This document shows positions 15,001 through 30,000 of a stretch of 64,000 nucleotides of DNA, piece after piece; within the stretch, counting starts at the first letter, position 1; each line of letters opens with the position of its first letter. The stretch covers positions 21,510,017 to 21,574,016 of the forward strand of contig NC_134031.1 in the NCBI RefSeq assembly GCF_964204645.1, given 5' to 3'. Under the pieces are notes generated by a model. It worked only from the letters and a program-made list of their open reading frames with translations, did not search any database and was not told the DNA's origin. Source of the DNA: Tubulanus polymorphus (lineage: Eukaryota > Animalia > Nemertea). The position numbers were made by a program, and so were the translations under genes.

Positions 15001-18000
15001 GAATTTTCTGGCTATTTATGCTCCTGAAGATGATGGACTCGATCTGAAATGATAGGTTAAGGTAAACTGAACTGATTTCGAGTAGATGGACTGAAAGATA
15101 CAGATTTTTCTTGCAAAATAGGGTCCTAAAGATGATGAATTCTATCTTAATTGATGGGTTAGGGTGTACTGAACTGATTTCAAATAGATAGGTTGAAAGA
15201 TTAAGAATTTTCTGGCTGCTTTTGGTTCTGAAGATGATGGATTCAATCTGAAAAGATGTGTTAAGGCGTATTGAACTGATTTCAAATAGATAGGTGGAAA
15301 GATTAAGAATTTTCTGGCTATTTATGCTCCTGAAGATGATGGACTCGATCTGAAATGATAGGTTAAGGTAAACTGAACTGATTTCGAGCAGATGGACTGA
15401 AAGATACAGATTTTTCTTGCAAAATAGGGTCCTAAAGATGATGAGTTCTATCTTAATTGATGGGTTAGGGTGTACTGAACTGATTTCAAATAGATAGGTG
15501 GAAAGATTAAGAATTTTCTGGTTATTTATGCTCCTGAAGATGATGGACTCGATCTGAAATGATAGGTTAAGGTAAACTGAACTGATTTCGAGTAGATGGA
15601 CTGAAAGATACAGATTTTTCTTGCAAAATAGGGTCCTAAAGATGATGAGTTCAATCTTAATTGATGGGTTAGGTTGTACTGAACTGATTTCAAATAGATA
15701 GGTGGATAGATTAAGAATTTTCTGGTTATTTATGCTCCTGAAGATGATGGACTCGATCTGAAATGATAGGTTAAGGTAAACTGAACTGATTTCGAGTAGA
15801 TGGACTGAAAGATACAGATTTTTCTTGCAAAATAGGGTCCTAAAGATGATGAATTCTATCTTAATTGATGGGTTAGGGTGTACTGAACTGATTTCAAATA
15901 GATAGGTTGAAAGAATCAGAATTTTCTGGCTGCTTTTGGTTCTGAAGATGATGGATTCAATCTGAAAAGATGTGTTAAGGCGTATTGAACTGATTTCAAA
16001 TAGATAGGTGGAAAGATTAAGAATTTTCTGGCTATTTATGCTCCTGAAGATGATGGACTCGATCTGAAATGATAGGTTAAGGTAGACTGAACTGATTTCG
16101 AGTAGATGGACTGAAAGATACAGATTTTTCTTGCAAAATAGGGTCCTAAAGATGATGAGTTCTATCTTAATTGATGGGTTAGGGTGAACTGAACTGATTT
16201 CAAATAGATAGGTGGAAAGAATCAGAATTTTCTGGCTGCCTTTGGTTCTGAAGATGATGGACTCAATCTGAAAAGATGGGCTAAGGCGTATTGAACTGAT
16301 TTCAAATAGATAGGTGGAAAGATTAAGAATTTTCTGGCTATTTATGCTCCTGAAGATGATGGACTCGATCTGAAATGATAGGTTAAGGTAAACTGAACTG
16401 ATTTCGAGTAGATGGACTGAAAGATACAGATTTTTCTTGCAAAATAGGGTCCTAAAGATGATGAATTCTATCTTAATTGATGGGTTAGGGTGTACTGAAC
16501 TGATTTCAAATGGATAGGTGGAAAGATTAAGAATTTTCTGGCTATTTATGCTCCTGAAGATGATGGACTCGATCTGAAATGATAGGTTAAGATAAACTGA
16601 ACTGATTTCGAGTAGATGGACTGAAAGATACAGATTTTTCTTGCAAAATATGGTCCTAAAGATGATGAGTTCTATCTTAGTGATGGGTTAGGGTGTACTG
16701 AACTGATTTCAAATAGATAGGTTGAGAGAATCAGAATTTTCTGGCTGCTTTTGGTTCTGAAGATGATGGATTCAATCTGAAAAGATGTGTTAAGGCGTAT
16801 TGAACTGATTTCAAATAGATAGGTGGAAAGATTAAGAATTTTCTGGCTATTTATGCTCCTGAAGATGATGGACTCGATCTGAAATGATAGGTTAAGGTAA
16901 ACTGAACTGATTTCGAGCAGATGGACTGAAAGATACAGATTTTTCTTGCAAAATAGGGTCCTAAAGATGATGAGTTCTATCTTAATTGATGGGTTAGGGT
17001 GTACTGAACTGATTTCAAATAGATAGGTTGAAAGAATCAGAATTTTCTGGCTGCTTTTGGTTCTGAAGATGATGGATTCAATCTGAAAAGATGTGTTAAG
17101 GCGTATTGAACTGATTTCAAATAGATAGGTGGAAAGATTAAGAATTTTCTGGCTATTTATGCTCCTGAAGATGATGGACTCGATCTGAAATGATAGGTTA
17201 AGGTAGACTGAACTGATTTCGAGTAGATGGACTGAAAGATACAGATTTTTCTTGCAAAATAGGGTCCTAAAGATGATGAGTTCTATCTTAATTGATGGGT
17301 TAGGGTGAACTGAACTGATTTCAAATAGATAGGTGGAAAGAATCAGAATTTTCTGGCTGCCTTTGGTTCTGAAGATGATGGACTCAATCTGAAAAGATGG
17401 GCTAAGGCGTATTGAACTGATTTCAAATAGATAGGTGGAAAGATTAAGAATTTTCTGGCTATTTATGCTCCTGAAGATGATGGACTCGATCTGAAATGAT
17501 AGGTTAAGGTAAACTGAACTGATTTCGAGTAGATGGACTGAAAGATACAGATTTTTCTTGCAAAATAGGGTCCTAAAGATGATGAATTCTATCTTAATTG
17601 ATGGGTTAGGGTGTACTGAACTGATTTCAAATGGATAAGTGGAAAGATTAAGAATTTTCTGGCTATTTATGCTCCTGAAGATGATGGACTCGATCTGAAA
17701 TGATAGGTAAAGATAAACTGAACTGATTTCGAGTAGATGGACTGAAAGATACAGATTTTTCTTGCAAAATATGGTCCTAAAGATGATGAGTTCTATCTTA
17801 ATTGATGGGTTAGGGTGTACTGAACTGATTTCAAATAGATAGGTTGAGAGAATCAGAATTTTCTGGCTGCTTTTGGTTCTGAAGATGATGGATTCAATCT
17901 GAAAAGATGTGTTAAGGCGTATTGAACTGATTTCAAATAGATAGGTGGAAAGATTAAGAATTTTCTGGCTATTTATGCTCCTGAAGATGATGGACTCGAT

Positions 18001-21000
18001 CTGAAATGATAGGTTAAGGTAAACTGAACTGATTTCGAGCAGATGGACTGAAAGATACAGATTTTTCTTGCAAAATAGGGTCCTAAAGATGATGAGTTCT
18101 ATCTTAATTGATGGGTTAGGGTGTACTGAACTGATTTCAAATAGATAGGTTGAAAGAATCAGAATTTTCTGGCTGCTTTTGGTTCTGAAGATGATGGATT
18201 CAATCTGAAAAGATGTGTTAAGGCGTATTGAACTGATTTCAAATAGATAGGTGGAAAGATTAAGAATTTTCTGGCTATTTATGCTCCTGAAGATGATGGA
18301 CTCGATCTGAAATGATAGGTTAAGGTAAACTGAACTGATTTCGAGTAGATGGACTGAAAGATACAGATTTTTCTTGCAAAAAAGGGTCCTAAAGATGATG
18401 AATTCTATCTTAATTGATGGGTTAGGGTGAACTGAACTGATTTCAAATAGATGGGTGGAAAGAATCAGAATTTTCTGGCTGCCTTTGGTTCTGAAGATGA
18501 TGGACTCAATCTGAAAAGATGGGCTAAGGCGTATTGAACTGATTTCAAATAGATAGGTGGAAAGATTAAGAATTTTCTGGCTATTTATGCTCCTGAAGAT
18601 GATGGACTCGATCTGAAATGATAGGTTAAGGTAAACTGAACTGATTCCGAGCAGATGGACTGAAAGATACAGATTTTTCTTGCAAAATAGGGTCCTAAAG
18701 ATGATGAGTTCTATCTTAATTGATGGGTTAGGGTGTACTGAACTGATTTCAAATAGATAGGTGGAAAGATTAAGAATTTTCTGGTTATTTATGCTCCTGA
18801 AGATGATGGACTCGATCTGAAATGATAGGTTAAGGTAAACTGAACTGATTTCGAGTAGATGGACTGAAAGATACAGATTTTTCTTGCAAAATAGGGTCCT
18901 AAAGATGATGAATTCTATCTTAATTGATGGGTTAGGTTGTACTGAACTGATTTCAAATAGATAGGTGGAAAGATTAAGAATTTTCTGGTTATTTATGCTC
19001 CTGAAGATGATGGACTCGATCTGAAATGATAGGTTAAGGTAAACTGAACTGATTTCGAGTAGATGGACTGAAAGATACAGATTTTTCTTGCAAAATAGGG
19101 TCCTAAAGATGATGAATTCTATCTTAATTGATGGGTTAGGGTGTACTGAACTGATTTCAAATAGATAGGTTGAAAGAATCAGAATTTTCTGGCTGCTTTT
19201 GGTTCTGAAGATGATGGATTCAATCTGAAAAGATGTGTTAAGGCGTATTGAACTGATTTCAAATAGATAGGTGGAAAGATTAAGAATTTTCTGGCTATTT
19301 ATGCTCCTGAAGATGATGGACTCGATCTGAAATGATAGGTTAAGGTAGACTGAACTGATTTCGAGTAGATGGACTGAAAGATACAGATTTTTCTTGCAAA
19401 ATAGGGTCCTAAAGATGATGAGTTCTATCTTAATTGATGGGTTAGGGTGAACTGAACTGATTTCAAATAGATAGGTGGAAAGAATCAGAATTTTCTGGCT
19501 GCCTTTGGTTCTGAAGATGATGGACTCAATCTGAAAAGATGGGCTAAGGCGTATTGAACTGATTTCAAATAGATAGGTGGAAAGATTAAGAATTTTCTGG
19601 CTATTTATGCTCCTGAAGATGATGGACTCGATCTGAAATGATAGGTTAAGGTAAACTGAACTGATTTCGAGTAGATGGACTGAAAGATACAGATTTTTCT
19701 TGCAAAATAGGGTCCTAAAGATGATGAATTCTATCTTAATTGATGGGTTAGGGTGTACTGAACTGATTTCAAATGGATAGGTGGAAAGATTAAGAATTTT
19801 CTGGCTATTTATGCTCCTGAAGATGATGGACTCGATCTGAAATGATAGGTTAAGATAAACTGAACTGATTTCGAGTAGATGGACTGAAAGATACAGATTT
19901 TTCTTGCAAAATATGGTCCTAAAGATGATGAGTTCTATCTTAATTGATGGGTTAGGGTGTACTGAACTGATTTCAAATAGATAGGTTGAGAGAATCAGAA
20001 TTTTCTGGCTGCTTTTGGTTCTGAAGATGATGGATTCAATCTGAAAAGATGTGTTAAGGCGTATTGAACTGATTTCAAATAGATAGGTGGAAAGATTAAG
20101 AATTTTCTGGCTATTTATGCTCCTGAAGATGATGGACTCGATCTGAAATGATAGGTTAAGGTAAACTGAACTGATTTCGAGCAGATGGACTGAAAGATAC
20201 AGATTTTTCTTGCAAAATAGGGTCCTAAAGATGATGAGTTCTATCTTAATTGATGGGTTAGGGTGTACTGAACTGATTTCAAATAGATAGGTTGAAAGAA
20301 TCAGAATTTTCTGGCTGCTTTTGGTTCTGAAGATGATGGATTCAATCTGAAAAGATGTGTTAAGGCGTATTGAACTGATTTAAAATAGATAGGTGGAAAG
20401 ATTAAGAATTTTCTGGCTATTTATGCTCCTGAAGATGATGGACTCGATCTGAAATGATAGGTTAAGGTAAACTGAACTGATTTCGAGCAGATGGACTGAA
20501 AGATACAGATTTTTCTTGCAAAATAGGGTCCTAAAGATGATGAGTTCTATCTTAATTGATGGGTTAGGGTGTACTGAACTGATTTCAAATAGATAGGTTG
20601 AAAGAATCAGAATTTTCTGGCTGCTTTTGGTTCTGAAGATGATGGATTCAATCTGAAAAGATGTGTTAAGGCGTATTGAACTGATTTCAAATAGATAGGT
20701 GGAAAGATTAAGAATTTTCTGGCTATTTATGCTCCTGAAGATGATGGACTCGATCTGAAATGATAGGTTAAGGTAAACTGAACTGATTCCGAGCAGATGG
20801 ACTGAAAGATACAGATTTTTCTTGCAAAATAGGGTCCTAAAGATGATGAGTTCTATCTTAATTGATGGGTTAGGGTGTACTGAACTGATTTCAAATAGAT
20901 AGGTGGAAAGATTAAGAATTTTCTGGTTATTTATGCTCCTGAAGATGATGGACTCGATCTGAAATGATAGGTTAAGGTAAACTGAACTGATTTCGAGTAG

Positions 21001-24000
21001 ATGGACTGAAAGATACAGATTTTTCTTGCAAAATAGGGTCCTAAAGATGATGAGTTCAATCTTAATTGATGGGTTAGGTTGTACTGAACTGATTTCAAAT
21101 AGATAGGTGGAAAGATTAAGAATTTTCTGGTTATTTATGCTCCTGAAGATGATGGACTCGATCTGAAATGATAGGTTAAGGTAAACTGAACTGATTTCGA
21201 GTAGATGGATTGAAAGATACAGATTTTTCTTGCAAAATAGGGTCCTAAAGATGATGAATTCTATCTTAATTGATGGGTTAGGGTGTACTGAACTGATTTC
21301 AAATAGATAGGTTGAAAGAATCAGAATTTTCTGGCTGCTTTTGGTTCTGAAGATGATGGATTCAATCTGAAAAGATGTGTTAAGGCGTATTGAACTGATT
21401 TCAAATAGATAGGTGGAAAGATTAAGAATTTTCTGGCTATTTATGCTCCTGAAGATGATGGACTCGATCTGAAATGATAGGTTAAGGTAGACTGAACTGA
21501 TTTCTAGTAGATGGACTGAAAGATACAGATTTTTCTTGCAAAATAGGGTCCTAAAGATGATGAGTTCTATCTTAATTGATGGGTTGGGGTGAACTGAACT
21601 GATTTCAAATAGATAGGTGGAAAGAATCAGAATTTTCTGGCTGCCTTTGGTTCTGAAGATGATGGACTCAATCTGAAAAGATGGGCTAAGGCGTATTGAA
21701 CTGATTTCAAATAGATAGGTGGAAAGATTAAGAATTTTTTTGGCTATTTATGCTCCTGAAGATGATGGACTCGATCTGAGATGATAGGTTAAGGTAAACT
21801 GAACTGATTTCGAGTAGATGGACTGAAAGATACAGATTTTTCTTGCAAAATAGGGTCCTAAAGATGATGAATTCTATCTTAATTGATGGGTTAGGGTGTA
21901 CTGAACTGATTTCAAATGGATAGGTGGAAAGATTAAGAATTTTCTGGCTATTTATGCTCCTGAAGATGATGGACTCGATCTGAAATGATAGGTTAAGATA
22001 AACTGAACTGATTTCGAGTAGATGGACTGAAAGATACAGATTTTTCTTGCAAAATATGGTCCTAAAGATGATGAGTTCTATCTTAATTGATGGGTTAGGT
22101 TGTACTGAACTGATTTCAAATAGATAGGTTGAGAGAATCAGAATTTTCTGGCTGCTTTTGGTTCTGAAGATGATGGATTCAATCTGAAAAGATGTGTTAA
22201 GGCGTATTGAACTGATTTCAAATAGATAGGTGGAAAGATTAAGAATTTTCTGGCTATTTATGCTCCTGAAGATGATGGACTCGATCTGAAATGATAGGTT
22301 AAGGTAAACTGAACTGATTTCGAGCAGATGGACTGAAAGATACAGATTTTTCTTCCAAAATAGGGTCCTAAAGATGATGAGTTCTATCTTAATTGATGGG
22401 TTAGGGTGTACTGAACTGATTTCAAATAGATAGGTTGAAAGAATCAGAATTTTCTGGCTGCTTTTGGTTCTGAAGATGATGGATTCAATCTGAAAAGATG
22501 TGTTAAGGCGTATTGAACTGATTTCAAATAGATAGGTGGAAAGATTAAGAATTTTCTGGCTATTTATGCTCCTGAAGATGATGGACTCGATCTGAAATGA
22601 TAGGTTAAGGTAAACTGAACTGATTTCGAGCAGATGGACTGAAAGATACAGATTTTTCTTGCAAAATAGGGTCCTAAAGATGATGAGTTCTATCTTAATT
22701 GATGGGTTAGGGTGTACTGAACTGATTTCAAATAGATAGGTTGAAAGAATCAGAATTTTCTGGCTGCTTTTGGTTCTGAAGATGATGGATTCAATCTGAA
22801 AAGATGTGTTAAGGCGTATTGAACTGATTTCAAATAGATAGGTGGAAAGATTAAGAATTTTCTGGCTATTTATGCTCCTGAAGATGATGGACTCGATCTG
22901 AAATGATAGGTTAAGGTAGACTGAACTGATTTCGAGTAGATGGACTGAAAGATACAGATTTTTCTTGCAAAATAGGGTCCTAAAGATGATGAGTTCTATC
23001 TTAATTGATGGGTTAGGGTGTACTGAACTGATTTCAAATAGATAGGTTGAAAGAATCAGAATTTTCTGGCTGCTTTTGGTTCTGAAGATGATGGCTTCAA
23101 TCTGAAAAGATGGGTTAAGGCGTATTGAACTGATGTCAAATAGATAGGTGGAAAGATTAAGAATTTTGTGGCTATTTATGCTCCTGAAGATGATGGACTC
23201 GATCTGAAATGATAGGTTAAGGTAGACTGAACTGATATCGAGTAGATGGACTGAAAGATACAGATTTTTCTTGCAAAATAGGGTCCTAAAGATGATGAAT
23301 TCTATCTTAATTGATGGGTTAGGGTGAACTGAACTGATTTCAAATAGATGGGTGGAAAGAATCAGAATTTTCTGGCTGCCTTTGGTTCTGAAGATGATGG
23401 ACTCAATCTGAAAAGATGGGCTGAGGCGTATTGAACTGATTTCAAATAGATAGGTGGAAAGATTAAGAATTTTCTGGCTATTTATGCTCCTGAAGATGAT
23501 GGACTCGATCTGAAATGATAGGTTAAGGTAAACTGAACTGATTTCGAGTAGATGGACTGAAAGATACAGATTTTTCTTGCAAAATAGGGTCCTAAAGATG
23601 ATGAATTCTATTTTAATTGATGGGTTAGGTTGTACTGAACTGATTTCAAATAGATAGGTTGAAAGAATCAGAATTTTCTGGCTGCTTTTGGTTCTGAAGA
23701 TGATGGATTCAATCTGAAAAGATGTGTTAAGGCGTATTGAACTGATTTAAAATAGATAGGTGGAAAGATTAAGAATTTTCTGGCTATTTATGCTCCTGAA
23801 GATGATGGACTCGATCTGAAATGATAGGTTAAGGTAGACTGAACTGATTTCGAGTAGATGGACTGAAAGATACAGATTTTTCTTGCAAAATAGGGTCCTA
23901 AAGATGATGAGTTCTATCTTAATTGATGGGTTAGGGTGTACTGAACTGATTTCAAATAGATAGGTTGAAAGAATCAGAATTTTCTGGCTGCTTTTGGTTC

Positions 24001-27000
24001 TGAAGATGATGGCTTCAATCTGAAAAGATGGGTTAAGGCGTATTGAACTGATGTCAAATAGATAGGTGGAAAGATTAAGAATTTTGTGGCTATTTATGCT
24101 CCTGAAGATGATGGACTCGATCTGAAATGATAGGTTAAGGTAGACTGAACTGATATCGAGTAGATGGACTGAAAGATACAGATTTTTCTTGCAAAATAGG
24201 GTCCTAAAGATGATGAATTCTATCTTAATTGATGGGTTAGGGTGAACTGAACTGATTTCAAATAGATGGGTGGAAAGAATCAGAATTTTCTGGCTGCCTT
24301 TGGTTCTGAAGATGATGGACTCAATCTGAAAAGATGGGCTGAGGCGTATTGAACTGATTTCAAATAGATAGGTGGAAAGATTAAGAATTTTCTGGCTATT
24401 TATGCTCCTGAAGATGATGGACTCGATCTGAAATGATAGGTTAAGGTAAACTGAACTGATTTCGAGTAGATGGACTGAAAGATACAGATTTTTCTTGCAA
24501 AATAGGGTCCTAAAGATGATGAATTCTATTTTAATTGATGGGTTAGGTTGTACTGAACTGATTTCAAATAGATAGGTTGAAAGAATCAGAATTTTCTGGC
24601 TGCTTTTGGTTCTGAAGATGATGGATTCAATCTGAAAAGATGTGTTAAGGCGTATTGAACTGATTTAAAATAGATAGGTGGAAAGATTAAGAATTTTGTG
24701 GCTATTTATGCTCCTGAAGATGATGGACTCGATCTGAAATGATAGGTTAAGGTAGACTGAACTGATTTCGAGTAGATGGACTGAAAGATACAGATTTTTC
24801 TTGCAAAATAGGGTCCTAAAGATGATGAATTCTATCTTAATTGATGGGTTAGGTTGTACTGAACTGATTTCAAATAGATAGGTTAAAAGAATCAGAATTT
24901 TCTGGCTGCTTTTGGTTCTGAAGATGATGGATTCAATCTGAAAAGATGTGTTAAGGCGTATTGAACTGATTTAAAATAGATAGGTGGAAAGATTAAGAAT
25001 TTTCTGGCTATTTATGCTCCTGAAGATGATGGACTCGATCTGAAATGATAGGTTAAGGTAGACTGAACTGATTTCGAGTAGATGGACTGAAAGATACAGA
25101 TTTTTCTTGCAAAATAGGGTCCTAAAGATGATGAATTCTATCTTAATTGATGGGTTAGGGTGAACTGAATTGATTTCAAATAGATAGGTGGAAAGAATCA
25201 GAATTTTCTGGCTGCCTTTGGTTCTGAAGATGATGGACTCAATCTGAAAAGATGGGCTAAGGCGTATTGAACTGATTTCAAATAGATAGGTGGAAAGATT
25301 AAGAATTTTCTGGCTATTTATGCTCCTGAAGATGATGGACTCGATCTGAAATGATAGGTTAAGGTAAACTGAACTGATTTCGAGTAGATGGACTGAAAGA
25401 TACAGATTTTTCTTGCAAAATAGGGTCCTAAAGATGATGAATTCTATCTTAATTGATGGGTTAGGGTGTACTGAACTGATTTCAAATAGATAGGTTGAAA
25501 GATTAAGAATTTTCTGGCTGCTTTTGGTTCTGAAGATGATGGATTCAATCTGAAAAGATGTGTTAAGGCGTATTGAACTGATTTCAAATAGATAGGTGGA
25601 AAGATTAAGAATTTTCTGGCTATTTATGCTCCTGAAGATGATGGACTCGATCTGAAATGATAGGTTAAGGTAAACTGAACTGATTTCGAGCAGATGGACT
25701 GAAAGATACAGATTTTTCTTGCAAAATAGGGTCCTAAAGATGATGAGTTCTATCTTAATTGATGGGTTGGGGTGAACTGAACTGATTTCAAATAGATAGG
25801 TGGAAAGAATCAGAATTTTCTGGCTGCCTTTGGTTCTGAAGATGATGGACTCAATCTGAAAAGATGGGCTAAGGCGTATTGAACTGATTTCAAATAGATA
25901 GGTGGAAAGATTAAGAATTTTTTTGGCTATTTATGCTCCTGAAGATGATGGACTCGATCTGAAATGATAGGTTAAGGTAAACTGAACTGATTTCGAGTAG
26001 ATGGACTGAAAGATACAGATTTTTCTTGCAAAATAGGGTCCTAAAGATGATGAGTTCAATCTTAATTGATGGGTTAGGTTGTACTGAACTGATTTCAAAT
26101 AGATAGGTGGAAAGATTAAGAATTTTCTGGTTATTTATGCTCCTGAAGATGATGGACTCGATCTGAAATGATAGGTTAAGGTAAACTGAACTGATTTCGA
26201 GTAGATGGACTGAAAGATACAGATTGTTCTTGCAAAATAGGGTCCTAAAGATGATGAATTCTATTTTAATTGATGGGTTAGGTTGTACTGAACTGATTTC
26301 AAATAGATAGGTTGAAAGAATCAGAATTTTCTGGCTGCTTTTGGTTCTGAAGATGATGGATTCAATCTGAAAAGATGTGTTAAGGCGTATTGAACTGATT
26401 TAAAATAGATAGGTGGAAAGATTAAGAATTTTCTGGCTATTTATGCTCCTGAAGATGATGGACTCGATCTGAAATGATAGGTTAAGGTAGACTGAACTGA
26501 TTTCGAGTAGATGGACTGAAAGATACAGATTTTTCTTGCAAAATAGGGTCCTAAAGATGATGAATTCTATCTTAATTGATGGGTTAGGTTGTACTGAACT
26601 GATTTCAAATAGATAGGTTAAAAGAATCAGAATTTTCTGGCTGCTTTTGGTTCTGAAGATGATGGATTCAATCTGAAAAGATGTGTTAAGGCGTATTGAA
26701 CTGATTTAAAATAGATAGGTGGAAAGATTAAGAATTTTCTGGCTATTTATGCTCCTGAAGATGATGGACTCGATCTGAAATGATAGGTTAAGGTAAACTG
26801 AACTGATTTCGAGCAGATGGACTGAAAGATACAGATTTTTCTTGCAAAATAGGGTCCTAAAGATGATGAGTTCTATCTTAATTGATGGGTTAGGGTGTAC
26901 TGAACTGATTTCAAATAGATAGGTTGAAAGAATCAGAATTTTCTGGCTGCTTTTGGTTCTGAAGATGATGGATTCAATCTGAAAAGATGTGTTAAGGCGT

Positions 27001-30000
27001 ATTGAACTGATTTCAAATAGATAGGTGGAAAGATTAAGAATTTTCTGGCTATTTATGCTCCTGAAGATGATGGACTCGATCTGAAATGATAGGTTAAGGT
27101 AGACTGAACTGATTTCGAGTAGATGGACTGAAAGATACAGATTTTTCTTGCAAAATAGGGTCCTAAAGATGATGAGTTCTATCTTAATTGATGGGTTAGG
27201 GTGTACTGAACTGATTTCAAATAGATAGGTTGAAAGAATCAGAATTTTCTGGCTGCTTTTGGTTCTGAAGATGATGGCTTCAATCTGAAAAGATGGGTTA
27301 AGGCGTATTGAACTGATGTCAAATAGATAGGTGGAAAGATTAAGAATTTTGTGGCTATTTATGCTCCTGAAGATGATGGACTCGATCTGAAATGATAGGT
27401 TAAGGTAGACTGAACTGATATCGAGTAGATGGACTGAAAGATACAGATTTTTCTTGCAAAATAGGGTCCTAAAGATGATGAATTCTATCTTAATTGATGG
27501 GTTAGGGTGAACTGAACTGATTTCAAATAGATGGGTGGAAAGAATCAGAATTTTCTGGCTGCCTTTGGTTCTGAAGATGATGGACTCAATCTGAAAAGAT
27601 GGGCTGAGGCGTATTGAACTGATTTCAAATAGATAGGTGGAAAGATTAAGAATTTTCTGGCTATTTATGCTCCTGAAGATGATGGACTCGATCTGAAATG
27701 ATAGGTTAAGGTAAACTGAACTGATTTCGAGTAGATGGACTGAAAGATACAGATTTTTCTTGCAAAATAGGGTCCTAAAGATGATGAATTCTATTTTAAT
27801 TGATGGGTTAGGTTGTACTGAACTGATTTCAAATAGATAGGTTGAAAGAATCAGAATTTTCTGGCTGCTTTTGGTTCTGAAGATGATGGATTCAATCTGA
27901 AAAGATGTGTTAAGGCGTATTGAACTGATTTAAAATAGATAGGTGGAAAGATTAAGAATTTTGTGGCTATTTATGCTCCTGAAGATGATGGACTCGATCT
28001 GAAATGATAGGTTAAGGTAGACTGAACTGATTTCGAGTAGATGGACTGAAAGATACAGATTTTTCTTGCAAAATAGGGTCCTAAAGATGATGAATTCTAT
28101 CTTAATTGATGGGTTAGGTTGTACTGAACTGATTTCAAATAGATAGGTTAAAAGAATCAGAATTTTCTGGCTGCTTTTGGTTCTGAAGATGATGGATTCA
28201 ATCTGAAAAGATGTGTTAAGGCGTATTGAACTGATTTAAAATAGATAGGTGGAAAGATTAAGAATTTTCTGGCTATTTATGCTCCTGAAGATGATGGACT
28301 CGATCTGAAATGATAGGTTAAGGTAGACTGAACTGATTTCGAGTAGATGGACTGAAAGATACAGATTTTTCTTGCAAAATAGGGTCCTAAAGATGATGAA
28401 TTCTATCTTAATTGATGGGTTAGGGTGAACTGAATTGATTTCAAATAGATAGGTGGAAAGAATCAGAATTTTCTGGCTGCCTTTGGTTCTGAAGATGATG
28501 GACTCAATCTGAAAAGATGGGCTAAGGCGTATTGAACTGATTTCAAATAGATAGGTGGAAAGATTAAGAATTTTCTGGCTATTTATGCTCCTGAAGATGA
28601 TGGACTCGATCTGAAATGATAGGTTAAGGTAAACTGAACTGATTTCGAGTAGATGGACTGAAAGATACAGATTTTTCTTGCAAAATAGGGTCCTAAAGAT
28701 GATGAATTCTATCTTAATTGATGGGTTAGGGTGTACTGAACTGATTTCAAATAGATAGGTTGAAAGATTAAGAATTTTCTGGCTGCTTTTGGTTCTGAAG
28801 ATGATGGATTCAATCTGAAAAGATGTGTTAAGGTGTATTGAACTGATTTCAAATAGATAGGTGGAAAGATTAAGAATTTTCTGGCTATTTATGCTCCTGA
28901 AGATGATGGACTCGATCTGAAATGATAGGTTAAGGTAAACTGAACTGATTTCGAGCAGATGGACTGAAAGATACAGATTTTTCTTGCAAAATAGGGTCCT
29001 AAAGATGATGAGTTCTATCTTAATTGATGGGTTAGGGTGTACTGAACTGATTTCAAATAGATAGGTTGAAAGAATCAGAATTTTCTGGCTGCTTTTGGTT
29101 CTGAAGATGATGGATTCAATCTGAAAAGATGTGTTAAGGCGTATTGAACTGATTTCAAATAGATAGGTGGAAAGATTAAGAATTTTCTGGCTATTTATGC
29201 TCCTGAAGATGATGGACTCGATCTGAAATGATAGGTTAAGGTAAACTGAACTGATTCCGAGCAGATGGACTGAAAGATACAGATTTTTCTTGCAAAATAG
29301 GGTCCTAAAGATGATGAGTTCTATCTTAATTGATGGGTTAGGGTGTACTGAACTGATTTCAAATAGATAGGTGGAAAGATTAAGAATTTTCTGGTTATTT
29401 ATGCTCCTGAAGATGATGGACTCGATCTGAAATGATAGGTTAAGGTAAACTGAACTGATTTCGAGTAGATGGACTGAAAGATACAGATTTTTCTTGCAAA
29501 ATAGGGTCCTAAAGATGATGAGTTCAATCTTAATTGATGGGTTAGGTTGTACTGAACTGATTTCAAATAGATAGGTGGAAAGATTAAGAATTTTCTGGTT
29601 ATTTATGCTCCTGAAGATGATGGACTCGATCTGAAATGATAGGTTAAGGTAAACTGAACTGATTTCGAGTAGATGGACTGAAAGATACAGATTGTTCTTG
29701 CAAAATAGGGTCCTAAAGATGATGAATTCTATTTTAATTGATGGGTTAGGTTGTACTGAACTGATTTCAAATAGATAGGTTGAAAGAATCAGAATTTTCT
29801 GGCTGCTTTTGGTTCTGAAGATGATGGATTCAATCTGAAAAGATGTGTTAAGGCGTATTGAACTGATTTAAAATAGATAGGTGGAAAGATTAAGAATTTT
29901 CTGGCTATTTATGCTCCTGAAGATGATGGACTCGATCTGAAATGATAGGTTAAGGTAGACTGAACTGATTTCGAGTAGATGGACTGAAAGATACAGATTT